NCBI GenBank assembly: GCA_044360285.1
Contig: JBIKKP010000003.1
Coordinates: 1 to 60,591 of the forward strand
Length of the DNA: 60,591 nt
DNA from: Rickettsiales bacterium
GTDB lineage: Bacteria > Pseudomonadota > Alphaproteobacteria > Rickettsiales > UBA1997
Reading direction: 5' to 3'
In this document: piece after piece, positions 19,485 through 29,267 of the stretch
Layout: each line of letters begins with the position of its first letter
Numbering within the stretch: the first letter of the stretch is position 1
Translations under genes and position numbers: made by a program
Notes under the pieces: generated by a model
Database searches by the model: none
What the model was told of the DNA's origin: nothing
What the model saw: the letters and a program-made list of their open reading frames with translations, nothing else

Positions 19485-21359
19485 CTAAGCTTTTTCCCCT
19501 TCAATTGTTCCAGACGAACCTTCTGTGCCAGAGGCTCCAGCCGTTCCTGCAGCTTCTGCTGCTTTTTTCGCAGCTTCTGCTTCTTCTTTAACGATCTTAC
19601 TTGCCTTGACCATATTTGGTTCTTGTTTTGGCACTGAAATTTTTGGCCACAGTCGCGAGGTAAACATTTTTTCTTTGAAGTAAAAAATCTTTTTGGCGCG
19701 AATTGGCGGCTGTGATTCGATAAGGATGATTTGATCTTCGCGCGGCATCTGAATTACTTCTTGCGGCAATAGTAAGGCGCGTTGCACGTCAGAAACGTGA
19801 AGCGAACGAGCGCCTGGGTTGAGGTCAAGATATTTTGGTTTATTGTAAGAAATTTGCGTCGCTGTTTTATTGCCAAGAAGCTGCGAAATCAGGTTTGCTG
19901 TTTCCATGTTGTTGGCGGCGAAAGTGATACGATAAGTTGAGTTGGAAAGGAACGAGTTCATTCCGTTTTCTTCATAAATTCCTTTCAGCTGTTCGGTATC
20001 TTGAATGATCAAAAAGAGGCGAACGCGATAACCGCGAAAATAGGCGATGCCGGCCAAAAATTGTTCCATTTTTCCAAGAGTTGGAAACTCGTCCATCAGC
20101 ATCAACACACCAAATTTTTCGTTTGGACGCGGCATGTGAGCAGTGAAGAAAGCTGCGGCTTGCTGGTAAAACATGTTCATCAAAGGCTTTAGGCGCGAGA
20201 TGTTGTCTGGCGTCAAACCTACATAAAGAGTGTGTGGTGTCAGTTTAAATTCGTGTAAATTGAAGTCGCTTGTTGCAGTTGTTGTGTCAACCAACGGGTT
20301 GGCCCAAAGCTCAAGAGACGAGTTGGCTGTAGAGGTGACCGAGCCGCGTTCCTTGTCTGGTTTTTGCAGATAAGACGCGATGTTCATGTAAGAAACCGGG
20401 TGAATTTTTTTACCCATTGTGTCAAGCACAACCGCCAGGTTGTAGACTACGTCGTCGTTACGCAAAGTTCGCACAACTTCGCCAAGAGTTGCTGGCTTAT
20501 CTTCGGCGGCAACAAGATAGAGCATCACGCCCGTAAGCAAAGCGCGCGCTTCGTTTTGCCAAAATTCTTGTTCAGGCAACAAGAAATTACAGATTTTTTG
20601 CACGTCATCGACCATCTGCCCAGGCTTCTTGGAAATCCAATCCATTGGGTTATAGCAATGCGAGATGCCGTCAGGATCTGCCGGGTTCCACAAAAAAGTT
20701 TTTTGCTTAAGATTTTTTTTGCGCCAGCCAGAAGTCAGTTCGTAGTTTTCAAGCTTAATGTCATGAACAATCACCGAGTCGCGCCAAAAAAGCAGGTTAG
20801 GAATTACGAAGCCAACACCCTTACCAGAACCCGTTGGAGCAAAGAGTAGTATGTGTTGAAAGCCGTCAGCGATGAGTAATTTGTTTTTATATTTTCCAAG
20901 CAAGACACCATGTTTTGAGCGCAGACCCATTTTTTTGATGTCTTTCATTTCTGCCCATTTTGCGTCACCGTGAATTGATTCTGCTTTTTTGAACGGACGC
21001 CAATCCATCAAAGGCGCGCGGAAAGTGAAAGCGATAGTGAACAGAATTCCGTAAGGTAAAATGGTGAGTAGCCAAAGTTTGGTGGCGAAATAATTGTAGC
21101 TGGTGGCGTCGAGTTTTTCGGAGTTGGTGAAGTAAAATTTCCAGTAAGCGTAAAGCGTTTTGAAGAGATAAATAAATTGCTTGTCGATGGGCAATTTCCA
21201 GTAAGCTTTGATGACTTCTAAGTTGCCAGCGATGCTTGTAATCACAAGGCTGCCGGTGATGTAAAAACACAAGCCAAGCACCAGCACAATGAGTGTGGTG
21301 ATGATGACAAAGTTTCGCATTCCGCGAATTACTGCATTGTCGTCGGCAACTGATGGCAT
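19485..21359 (-). CDS. virD4: Type IV secretion coupling protein VirD4 (rvh-type)
   Basis: HGDAKWA, LLFAPTGSGKGVGFVIPNLL, HDIKLEN, LMDEFPTLGKM and RALLLPQEV motifs; two N-terminal TMs. Confidence 0.95.
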   Translation of the reverse strand: MPSVADDNAVIRGMRNFVIITTLIVLVLGLCFYITGSLVITSIAGNLEVIKAYWKLPIDKQFIYLFKTLYAYWKFYFTNSEKLDATSYNYFATKLWLLTILPYGILFTIAFTFRAPLMDWRPFKKAESIHGDAKWAEMKDIKKMGLRSKHGVLLGKYKNKLLIADGFQHILLFAPTGSGKGVGFVIPNLLFWRDSVIVHDIKLENYELTSGWRKKNLKQKTFLWNPADPDGISHCYNPMDWISKKPGQMVDDVQKICNFLLPEQEFWQNEARALLTGVMLYLVAAEDKPATLGEVVRTLRNDDVVYNLAVVLDTMGKKIHPVSYMNIASYLQKPDKERGSVTSTANSSLELWANPLVDTTTATSDFNLHEFKLTPHTLYVGLTPDNISRLKPLMNMFYQQAAAFFTAHMPRPNEKFGVLMLMDEFPTLGKMEQFLAGIAYFRGYRVRLFLIIQDTEQLKGIYEENGMNSFLSNSTYRITFAANNMETANLISQLLGNKTATQISYNKPKYLDLNPGARSLHVSDVQRALLLPQEVIQMPREDQIILIESQPPIRAKKIFYFKEKMFTSRLWPKISVPKQEPNMVKASKIVKEEAEAAKKAAEAAGTAGASGTEGSSGTIEGEKA

Positions 21360-21362
21360 GTG

Positions 21363-23042
21363 TTAATTTTGAATTAATTTTTGAGCGGCGGCAAGAGCTT
21401 CGTCGCTGATTTTTTCGCCGGAAAGCATTCGCGCAATCTCTAACTGACGATTTTTTTCATCAAGTTTTTCGATCACAGTTTTGGTTTTTTTCTGCTCAGA
21501 GATTTTACTGATTTTAAAATGAGTATCAGCTTTGGCGGCAATTTGTGGTTGATGGGTGACAACTAAAATTTGCAGATTTTTTGCTAGGGCTTTGAGACGC
21601 TCCCCAACCGCGTTGGCGGTGCTTCCACCAATTCCTGTGTCAATTTCATCAAAGATCATTGTTGGTACAGATTTCACGTCAATTAGCGCAACTTTTAGCG
21701 CCAGCATGAAACGCGAAAGTTCGCCGCCGGAAGCGATTTTGGAAATATCGTCGAAAGAATTTTGATTGATTGACGCAGCAAAACGAACTTTGTTAAAGCC
21801 AGACGGGGCAGGGCTTTGTGTTGTATCTTCGCTTAAATTTACACTGAATTTTACGCCGCCCATTTTAAGGAAGTGCAATTCTTCTTCGATTTTTTTCGAC
21901 AAAATTTTTGCCGATTTTTTTCGGCGTTCGTTTAATTCTTCGGCAATTTTTTGATATTCCTTCAGCAGCTTGCTTCGTTGCAGCTCTAGGTCGCGACTTA
22001 CTTCCTCTTCGTTTGTGATAAGTTTTAATTTTTCTTTCGAGTCTTCTAAAACATTTGAAAGTTCGTCACTTTTTACGTTAAATTTTCGCGCCAAGCCACG
22101 AATTAAAAATAGTCTTTCTTCGATTTCCTCAAGGTTGAATTCGTCTTTGTTGAGTCGGTAAGAAATGCCATCGATGCTTGAAATTGCTGAATCAATTTCA
22201 GTGATTTGCGTTTCAATTTTTTCAGAAATTTTTTCAAACTCGCCTAAATCTTCGCTCAAAAAATTGTTAATCAGATTTTGGTTTCGGCTTAATGTTCGCT
22301 GCGCCAAAGCCCCGTTAGAGTTGGCTTCAAGCAGGTTGCTCTTGAAATCTTTGAGGAAATTTAGAATTTTTTCCCTGGCAACTAGCTGATCTTTTTTTGC
22401 GGCTAAATTTTCTTCTTCACTTGCTTTTGGATTGGCGCTTTCAAGTTCGGCAACTACGTGTTCAAGGTAATCTTTTTCGCGCAAAGCCTGTTCTTTTTTT
22501 GCTAAAATTTCGGCGATTTTTTCTTCGCATGTTTTGAACTCTTCATAAATTTTTCGAAGATTTTTTAGCAAATTTTCATTTTGCGAAAATTCGTCCAAAA
22601 GCAGCAGGTGAGAGGTTGGGTTGAGCAATCCACGTTGGTCGTGCTGACCGTGAATTTCGACTAAATTCTCGCCAATTTTAGCAAGTAAATTTACGCCAAT
22701 TGCCACGTCATTTACAAAAACTTTGGAAGCGGAATTTTCGGCAATAATTCTGCGGATGCGCACCAAATCTGGGTTTGTGGCATCGAGCAATTCATTTTCG
22801 ATTAAAGTTTTTTTGCAGAAATCATTTTTAGAAATGTCGAATTCTGCTAAAACCGTGGCTTTTTCTTGTTCATTTCCAATCAAGCGAGTGTTGGAGCGAA
22901 AGCCAATTGCTAAACCAAGTGCATCAAGCAAAATTGATTTTCCCGAACCGGTTTCGCCGCTTAAAATACAAAGCCCACGAGCAAATTCGATTTCTGCTTT
23001 TTCGATCAAAACGACGTTATTGATGGAAAGAGATTTTAACAT
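21363..23042 (-). CDS. recN: DNA repair protein RecN
   Basis: SGETGSGKSILLDAL, IHGQHDQ, ASGGELSRFMLALK, FDEIDTGIGG and THQPQIAA motifs. Confidence 0.97.
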   Translation of the reverse strand: MLKSLSINNVVLIEKAEIEFARGLCILSGETGSGKSILLDALGLAIGFRSNTRLIGNEQEKATVLAEFDISKNDFCKKTLIENELLDATNPDLVRIRRIIAENSASKVFVNDVAIGVNLLAKIGENLVEIHGQHDQRGLLNPTSHLLLLDEFSQNENLLKNLRKIYEEFKTCEEKIAEILAKKEQALREKDYLEHVVAELESANPKASEEENLAAKKDQLVAREKILNFLKDFKSNLLEANSNGALAQRTLSRNQNLINNFLSEDLGEFEKISEKIETQITEIDSAISSIDGISYRLNKDEFNLEEIEERLFLIRGLARKFNVKSDELSNVLEDSKEKLKLITNEEEVSRDLELQRSKLLKEYQKIAEELNERRKKSAKILSKKIEEELHFLKMGGVKFSVNLSEDTTQSPAPSGFNKVRFAASINQNSFDDISKIASGGELSRFMLALKVALIDVKSVPTMIFDEIDTGIGGSTANAVGERLKALAKNLQILVVTHQPQIAAKADTHFKISKISEQKKTKTVIEKLDEKNRQLEIARMLSGEKISDEALAAAQKLIQN

Positions 23043-23141
23043 TTCACAATTATTAATGAACTTCTAAGAAATTGAGCGCGGCCGCCAAACAAGCAGCTTC
23101 GCGCAACTTGCTAAATGTTAAATTATTAAAGTTAAACGCTA

Positions 23142-23549
23142 ATGTTTGCACTTCACCCACAACTTGAATCGGACAGTTTTTTTATTTCTGACCTAAAAAT
23201 TTCGCGTTTGCTTCTAATGAATGACGCAAATTATTTGTGGCTGATTTTAGTGCCGCGAAAACCCGGTTTGGTTGAGCTAATCGACCTTTCTTTTGAAGAG
23301 CAAATGGAAGTTTTGTTTGAAATAAATTTGCTTAGCGAAATTTTGAAAAAAAATTTTTCTGCTGACAAAATTAACATTGGCGCGCTTGGAAATGTGGTGA
23401 GTCAGCTGCATATTCACGTGATTTCTCGTAAAAAAAATGACGTCACTTTTCCAAAGCCGGTTTGGGGAAATGCTAAGGCAAAAGCTTATGCAAAAGATGA
23501 GGCAGAAAATTTAGTACAAGAAATCCGAAAACTTTTGGAAAAAAAATAA
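23142..23549 (+). CDS. HIT family hydrolase
   Basis: LLMNDANYLWLILVP and LGNVVSQLHIHVI motifs. Confidence 0.9.
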   Translation: MFALHPQLESDSFFISDLKISRLLLMNDANYLWLILVPRKPGLVELIDLSFEEQMEVLFEINLLSEILKKNFSADKINIGALGNVVSQLHIHVISRKKNDVTFPKPVWGNAKAKAYAKDEAENLVQEIRKLLEKK

Positions 23550-23797
23550 TGAGCGAAAATTTATCCAAACAAGTTTTATATCGTGCTAAACATCGCGGTT
23601 GTAAGGAAACCGATTTTCTGATTGGGAAATTTGTTGAAGAAAACCTAGCTGATTTTTCGCCAGAATTTTTGCAGCTTTTGGCGAAGTTTTTGTGCGAAGA
23701 TGATTTGCTGATTTATGATTGGATACTCTCAAAAGAAACGCCGCCAGATCAATATCTGCAAGCTGTTGCGGCAATTCAAAAATTTCATAAAGTTTAA
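23549..23797 (+). CDS. sdhE: Succinate dehydrogenase assembly (FAD) factor SdhE
   Basis: YRAKHRGCKETD (RGxxE motif) and DLLIYDWI. Confidence 0.88.
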   Translation: MSENLSKQVLYRAKHRGCKETDFLIGKFVEENLADFSPEFLQLLAKFLCEDDLLIYDWILSKETPPDQYLQAVAAIQKFHKV

Positions 23798-23867
23798 GTG
23801 TTTCATCAAAAAAATTCATTTGAGAAAGAGGTTTTTTAATGAGCAACCAGGCGTGACTTGATTAATA

Positions 23868-24354
23868 TCATCTTCTGGCGGGATATCTTGGTGTTATTGG
23901 TCCGGGTGTTGATCTGACAGCTCGTGCCGAGGCTCCACCTATGGTTAAACCAGGTTGACCCATTTTTATTGCGTTTGCTGAATCGCAAATTGCAGCTATA
24001 TTGCGAGAAAAAGCCTCTAATTCTGCTTCAACAAGTTTATGTTTTTCTATGAAGATTGCGGCTCTTGCTTCTAGACTTTTTGCGAAAGTTTTTGGTGCTG
24101 CGTGACCTAAGAATCTAAATTCATTAATGAAATAATCTGCCGCAAGCATTGCATGTTCTTTGGTTAGAATTTCGGGGCGAATCTGGTAAATTAATCGCAA
24201 TGGCCAATTTTTAGCGCGAGTATTTATGATTTGTGGCAGCGTCTGCCCAGAATAAGATTCAAGGGGCAGTTTGCTTAAGATGGCGAAAGAAGGCTGAAGG
24301 GCCGTATGTTTGTTCTATTTTAGTTAGTCTAGCTAATCCAGGTAATGCTCTCAT
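23868..24354 (-). pseudogene. Frameshifted orphan gene (about 161 aa if repaired), candidate effector
   Basis: The ATG at 24354, 5 nt after the SPOR gene stop, reads MRALPGLARLTKIEQTYG... to a TGA at 24261. The frame of the 110-aa ORF is open from 24314. The total span of 487 nt is one base over a multiple of three. Confidence 0.6.
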
Positions 24355-24359
24355 CTAGC

Positions 24360-25181
24360 TTATTCCACAATTATGCAGTCTGATTTATTCTTTTTGGTCT
24401 TAGCGACATATTTACCGCAGAATTCTTCGGCTTCAATTTGGTTAAAAAAATTACCAATTTGCAGTCGGTAAAAAATTCCTCTTTTGCCCAAATCAACTTC
24501 TTCGATAACTGGCTTGAGGCCAGAAAATAGGTCGGTGTGAAGGTGGTGAATTTTTTTCCACGCATCTTGCGCCGCATCTTTTGAAGTCATCGCAGCAACT
24601 TGAACACGGATTTGACGTTTTTTATTTGGGCTTACTGGTGTTGGTTTTGTTGCTTGTGCGCCACTTTCGCTTTTGGTTAGTAAATCTTTTGTTGCGGCGG
24701 CTTTTTTATCTTGAGTAGAAAAAACTACCGGATTTTGCGCGGCGCTAGCAGCGGCTTGCGCTGGCTTATTTTCTGCCGGAAGTTTAGCATTTGGAAAATT
24801 TTCTTTGACCAATTCGCGATTATTTTGCGCCAGAGTTTTTGGAGGCAGGGCAGGTGTTGCAGCGGTTTGCACCGTTGGATTTGCTTGATTCAATCTCTCT
24901 TTTTTGCTGCCAAAAATATCTTCATAAATTGAGCGATCAATTTTCATTGAGCCGTTAGCAGCAACTTCAGCTTCTTCTTCCAGAATTTTTATTGGACCTT
25001 CTGGAGACTTAATTGTTTCCACATTTCCGTCTTTGTCTTGATAGACGTAATAGTAGGCGCTGATGGTGATGTAAATGAAGCAGGCAATTGAAAACATTGC
25101 TGCGCAAAGCAGAAAAAATTTTCGTGTCGGGGTGCCAAGTTGGCTTTTTTCCTCGTTTTTTCTATATCCGAAATCTTCCAT
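24360..25181 (-). CDS. SPOR-domain cell division protein (FtsN-like)
   Basis: Single TM, linker and C-terminal VQVAAM...DLGKRGIFYRLQIG...C...DC. It lies downstream of argS, as is common in alphaproteobacteria. Confidence 0.88.
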   Translation of the reverse strand: MEDFGYRKNEEKSQLGTPTRKFFLLCAAMFSIACFIYITISAYYYVYQDKDGNVETIKSPEGPIKILEEEAEVAANGSMKIDRSIYEDIFGSKKERLNQANPTVQTAATPALPPKTLAQNNRELVKENFPNAKLPAENKPAQAAASAAQNPVVFSTQDKKAAATKDLLTKSESGAQATKPTPVSPNKKRQIRVQVAAMTSKDAAQDAWKKIHHLHTDLFSGLKPVIEEVDLGKRGIFYRLQIGNFFNQIEAEEFCGKYVAKTKKNKSDCIIVE

Positions 25182-26929
25182 TATCTCATCTCCTCGAGGG
25201 CTTTGATGTTAAAAATCTCCAATCCACAAGCGATAATTTTCTTAACCGCTAAGACCAAATAAAGGCGCGCTGCTGTAAGTTGCAAATTGTCTTTAATCAC
25301 AAACTTCAATTCAGGATTTTCCATGCCTTTGTTCCATAAAGCATGCAGCTCGCCGGCTAATTCTTGCAGATAAAAAGCCAGGCGATGCGGTTCAAAATTT
25401 GTTGCCGCCATTTCAATTACGCGTGGAAAATTGGCGATTTTTTTGATGAGATTTATTTCGGCTTCGTCGCGAAGTAAGTTTAAATCTGCAGCGAAAATTT
25501 CTTTTTGCGTAAGTGTCGACTGCCTTACAGCAGAGCAGCAACGCGCGTGTGCATATTGCACGTAGAAAATTGGATTATCTTTTGATTGCTCAACAACTTT
25601 TGCCAAATCGAAATCAAAAGGCGCATCGTTTTTGCGAGTGAGCATGATGAAGCGAAATACGTCAGCACCAACTTCATCAATGACTTCGCGCGCAGTGATA
25701 AAATTTCCGGCGCGTTTCGACATTTTCAGCGGCTCACCATTTTTGATGAATTTTACCATCTGACACAAAATCGCTTTCAGTTGCGATTGAGCATCACTGA
25801 TTGCGTCAACTGCAGCGCTCAGGCGCTTTACATAGCCAGCGTGATCGGCGCCAAGTGGCATGATAAAAATTTTTGCGCCGCGCTCAAATTTGCTTTTTGC
25901 ATAAGCAATATCGCCGGCGAAATAAGTTGGAGAGCCGTCAGATTTTTTAACAACGCGGTCGCAATCATCACCAAATTTTGTTGAGCGAAATAAAGTTTGA
26001 TCATGGTCGCTATAGCCTTCTGGCGCAGCTCCAACACCTTTTGCGGTTTTTGGAATTTCAAGTTTTCCAACGTAAATTAAATCTTTTTTCTCAAGAATTT
26101 TTAGCGCTTCCTCAATTTTATTTTTGTCATGCAGCTCTCTTTTTTCTGAGAAATAGCTGTCATGTTTGATGCCCAGAGCAAGTAGGTCCGCCTTAATCAT
26201 TTCAACCATCGAGCCCACAACAAATTCGCGGATTTTTTCTAAATCCTCTTCTAAATTATCGCCGAATTTTTCGCGAATTTTTTGTCCAACCGCAATAAGA
26301 TAGTCGCCTGGATAAAGGCCTTCGGGAATTTCCACATTTTTGCCGCAAGCCTGCAGATAGCGTAAATAAGCGGAACGAAGCAGGGTAGTGATCTGACTTC
26401 CGGCGTCGTTGATGTAGTATTCTTTCAAAACATCAAAACCAACTTTTTGCAAAAGTGTTGCCAAAACATCGCCATAAATTGCGCCGCGCGTGTGGCCAAC
26501 GTGAATTGGCCCGGTTGGATTTGGTGAGGCATATTCCAAATTCACTTTGGTGCCGTGTCCAAGATTTGGAAATTCGAATTTTTCTTGTCTTAGCAAATCT
26601 GAAATCACCGCGTAAAAAGCTTGCGGTTTGAGGCGAATGTTTATGAAGCCGGGACCAGCAATTTCAAGGCTGGCGATATTTTCATCTTGCAGCTCATCAA
26701 TAATTTTTTGCGCAAGTTTACGCGGATTATTTAGCGCTTCGATTGCCGCAAACTTTTTCACCAAAACCATTGCCGCGTTGCAGGCTAAATCGCCGTGTGT
26801 TGCTTCTTTTGTTGGTTCAACGGTGAAGTTTTTTAGATCAATTTCTTCAATCGTGATATTGTTTGCAGCAGCGATTTTATTGATTGCGCGCGCAAAAGAA
26901 TTTTTGTGCTGAAGGAAAATGTTTAGCAT
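25181..26929 (-). CDS. argS: Arginine--tRNA ligase
   Basis: AGPGFIN, SPNPTGPIHVGH (HIGH), KMSKRAG and NPIFYVQYAHAR motifs. Confidence 0.98.
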   Translation of the reverse strand: MLNIFLQHKNSFARAINKIAAANNITIEEIDLKNFTVEPTKEATHGDLACNAAMVLVKKFAAIEALNNPRKLAQKIIDELQDENIASLEIAGPGFINIRLKPQAFYAVISDLLRQEKFEFPNLGHGTKVNLEYASPNPTGPIHVGHTRGAIYGDVLATLLQKVGFDVLKEYYINDAGSQITTLLRSAYLRYLQACGKNVEIPEGLYPGDYLIAVGQKIREKFGDNLEEDLEKIREFVVGSMVEMIKADLLALGIKHDSYFSEKRELHDKNKIEEALKILEKKDLIYVGKLEIPKTAKGVGAAPEGYSDHDQTLFRSTKFGDDCDRVVKKSDGSPTYFAGDIAYAKSKFERGAKIFIMPLGADHAGYVKRLSAAVDAISDAQSQLKAILCQMVKFIKNGEPLKMSKRAGNFITAREVIDEVGADVFRFIMLTRKNDAPFDFDLAKVVEQSKDNPIFYVQYAHARCCSAVRQSTLTQKEIFAADLNLLRDEAEINLIKKIANFPRVIEMAATNFEPHRLAFYLQELAGELHALWNKGMENPELKFVIKDNLQLTAARLYLVLAVKKIIACGLEIFNIKALEEMR

Positions 26930-27079
26930 TTAAAAAATAGATTTTAGCTTGGGTTTAGATCTTTGATGATTGTTTCTCAGCCCAGAAAATAAAGGCTTCT
27001 TAAGGATTTTAAAAAAGGCAGAATTTTTTAAAAAATCGTCTGCTTAACTAAATCTAAATTGTTAATTGTGAATTTTTTT

Positions 27080-28855
27080 ATGTCGTCGCAAGTCAAGCCA
27101 GTCAACTATTCAAGCACTGTTTACCTTACCAAAAGAATCTCACGTGAATATGTTTTTCCTTACTGGAGAACCTTCGCAGTTTCAGTTGCGCTAATGCTTG
27201 TCATCGCTGGCACCACCTCGCTTCACGCCTGGTTGATCAAACCTGCACTCGACTCAGTTTTCGTTGATAAAAACACCAGCGCTTTGGTGATTATTCCGCT
27301 TGTCGTTTTGTTGGTGACCATAATCAAAGGCTTTGCCACTTATTTCCAACTTTTGACGATGAATGTTTTGAGTTTGCGCATCACTGCCGACATGCGAAAT
27401 CGTCTTTACGCGCACTTCATCAAGTCGGACATCTCTAAGCTTCACAGCAAGTCTTCCGGTGACATGATTGCCAGCATCATCAACGAAATTGGTGCAGTGG
27501 TTGGGTTAATTGGCACAGTGGTAAATGGTTTTGTAAAGCAGCTGATAACCTTGCTGGCACTGATTGGAGTGATGTTTTATCAAAGCGTTGAATTGTCGCT
27601 TTTTGCTTTTATTGGTTTTCCCCTTGCTGCTTATCCAATCTACAAACTTGGGCGCCGGCTGCGTAATCTCTCTTTCAAAAATCAAGAAATGGCGGGGAAA
27701 TTTAACACGCAGATGAGCGACACGTTGCAATACTCTAAGCTGGTCAAAGCCTATCACTGTGAAGATTTTGAAGTGCGAAGAATGGGGCAAATTGTTGAGA
27801 GCATTTTCAAGATGGGCAAAAAAATTTCGCGCATTTCCTTGGTTGCATCTCCATTTGTTGAAAGTCTTGCTGGCATTGGCGTTGCAGCAGTGATTTGGTA
27901 TGGTGGGCACCAAGTGATCACTGGTGCAACAACTCCGGGTGCGTTCTTTTCTTTTTTTGCAGCGATGATGATGGCTTACCGTCCGCTGAAATCTGTATCG
28001 TCAATGAATTCGGGCGTGCAGATGGGTCTTGCTGCGGCAACCAGGCTTTACACTTTGCTTGACGAATTGCCAAAAATTATCGACAGGCCAAATGCAATTG
28101 AGCTAACCAACGTCAAAGGCGAGATCGAATTTAACGACGTAAGTTTCCGCTATGTTGCCGACAGAAAAGCGCTTGACGGCGTCAGCTTCAAGGTTCCGGC
28201 TGGAAAGACCATAGCGCTGGTTGGACATTCGGGCGGCGGAAAATCGACAATCATGAGTATGATTTTACGTTTCTATGATCCTGAGTCAGGTGTGGTGAAG
28301 CTAGACGGGCACGACATTCGCGATGTTTCGATAAAATCTTTGCGCAGTGCAATGTCGGTGGTGAATCAAGAAGTGATGTTGTTTGACGACACAATTTTTG
28401 AGAACATTCGCTATGGCAAAGAAGATGCCACCGAAGCGCAAATCATCAATGCTGCCAAGCTTGCTGAGGCTGATGAATTTATCCAAGAATTGCCGGAAAA
28501 ATATAATTCAAAAGTTGGTCAAAATGGCATTTTGCTTTCTGGTGGACAGCGCCAGCGTATTGCGATTGCACGGGCAATTCTCTATAATGCGCCAGTGTTA
28601 TTGCTTGATGAAGCAACTTCAGCACTTGATCCAATTTCAGAAAAACTAATCAAAGATGCTTTGGCAAAACTAACCAAAAACCGCACCAACATTGTTATTG
28701 CGCACCGTCTTTCAACAGTGATGCATGCGCATAAAATTGTGGTTATTTCGCATGGTAAAGTAATAGAAGAAGGAACTCACAATGAGTTGCTCGAGCGCGG
28801 CGGGATGTATGCCAATCTTTACTCGAAGCAGTTTGAAATTGCGCAGGATTTATGA
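27080..28855 (+). CDS. msbA: MsbA-like ABC exporter (permease + ATPase)
   Basis: Six-TM domain, GHSGGGKST, LSGGQRQR, LLDEATSALD and IAHRLST motifs. ATG at 27080. Confidence 0.8.
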   Translation: MSSQVKPVNYSSTVYLTKRISREYVFPYWRTFAVSVALMLVIAGTTSLHAWLIKPALDSVFVDKNTSALVIIPLVVLLVTIIKGFATYFQLLTMNVLSLRITADMRNRLYAHFIKSDISKLHSKSSGDMIASIINEIGAVVGLIGTVVNGFVKQLITLLALIGVMFYQSVELSLFAFIGFPLAAYPIYKLGRRLRNLSFKNQEMAGKFNTQMSDTLQYSKLVKAYHCEDFEVRRMGQIVESIFKMGKKISRISLVASPFVESLAGIGVAAVIWYGGHQVITGATTPGAFFSFFAAMMMAYRPLKSVSSMNSGVQMGLAAATRLYTLLDELPKIIDRPNAIELTNVKGEIEFNDVSFRYVADRKALDGVSFKVPAGKTIALVGHSGGGKSTIMSMILRFYDPESGVVKLDGHDIRDVSIKSLRSAMSVVNQEVMLFDDTIFENIRYGKEDATEAQIINAAKLAEADEFIQELPEKYNSKVGQNGILLSGGQRQRIAIARAILYNAPVLLLDEATSALDPISEKLIKDALAKLTKNRTNIVIAHRLSTVMHAHKIVVISHGKVIEEGTHNELLERGGMYANLYSKQFEIAQDL

Positions 28856-28974
28856 GTGAAGTAAAGAAAGAAGCGCCGAAAGATTCGGAAAATAAGCGAA
28901 AAGAAAAGCAGCAAAAAAAGAAAAAACTTTCGGATGCGCTGCGGAAGAATTTGCTGCGAAGAAAAAAGAACTAG
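28852..28974 (+). CDS. Small basic 40-aa protein (MSEVKKEAPKDSENKRKEKQQKKKKLSDALRKNLLRRKKN)
   Basis: ATGA overlap with the msbA stop. Its LSDALRKNLLRRK segment resembles the LxxALRxNLxRRK small proteins of alphaproteobacteria. Confidence 0.7.
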   Translation: MSEVKKEAPKDSENKRKEKQQKKKKLSDALRKNLLRRKKN

Positions 28975-28990
28975 GTGGTGGAGAATTTTG

Positions 28991-29028
28991 CGTGAACCTG
29001 CGGGCGGGGTTGCAAACCCCGCCCAAGC
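28991..29028. repeat. Palindromic element family C (half)
   Basis: cgtgaacctgcgggcggggttgcaaaccccgcccaagc. Confidence 0.8.
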
Positions 29029-29089
29029 GGCAGGAGGTTTTCCAAAACGGCCCGGCATTATCCATCAGCCGGAAAAAAATAACGCATCC

Positions 29090-29184
29090 CGTCATCTTTG
29101 AAGCCGTAGGCTTCGAGGATCTTGTTTTGTTTAGCGGATAAGGCGCACGAGATCCTCGAATTGCTGCGCAATTCAAGGATGACG
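29090..29184. repeat. Palindromic element family A
   Basis: cgtcatctttgaagccgtaggcttcgaggatct ... agatcctcgaattgctgcgcaattcaaggatgacg. Confidence 0.9.
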
Positions 29185-29219
29185 AGGTTTTTTGAGAGGT
29201 GCGGTATATCCCATCAGCC

Positions 29220-29260
29220 GCTCAGGCGGCGTTACGTAATGCCGCCTGGACGTTCATGCC
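29220..29260. repeat. Palindromic element family C (half)
   Basis: gctcaggcggcgttacgtaatgccgcctggacgttcatgcc. Confidence 0.8.
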
Positions 29261-29267
29261 ATTTTAA

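Noticed and set aside
23110-23140. Possible CtrA box (multiple TTAA) in the recN/HIT divergent promoter; similar at 59949-59965
   Set aside because: Spacings are N5, N2, N11 and N9, not the TTAA-N7-TTAA consensus, and the background is AT-rich.
28819-29176. Two minus-strand ORFs (79 and 108 aa)
   Set aside because: They run through palindromic repeats and antisense to the better-supported 40-aa ORF and the msbA end.
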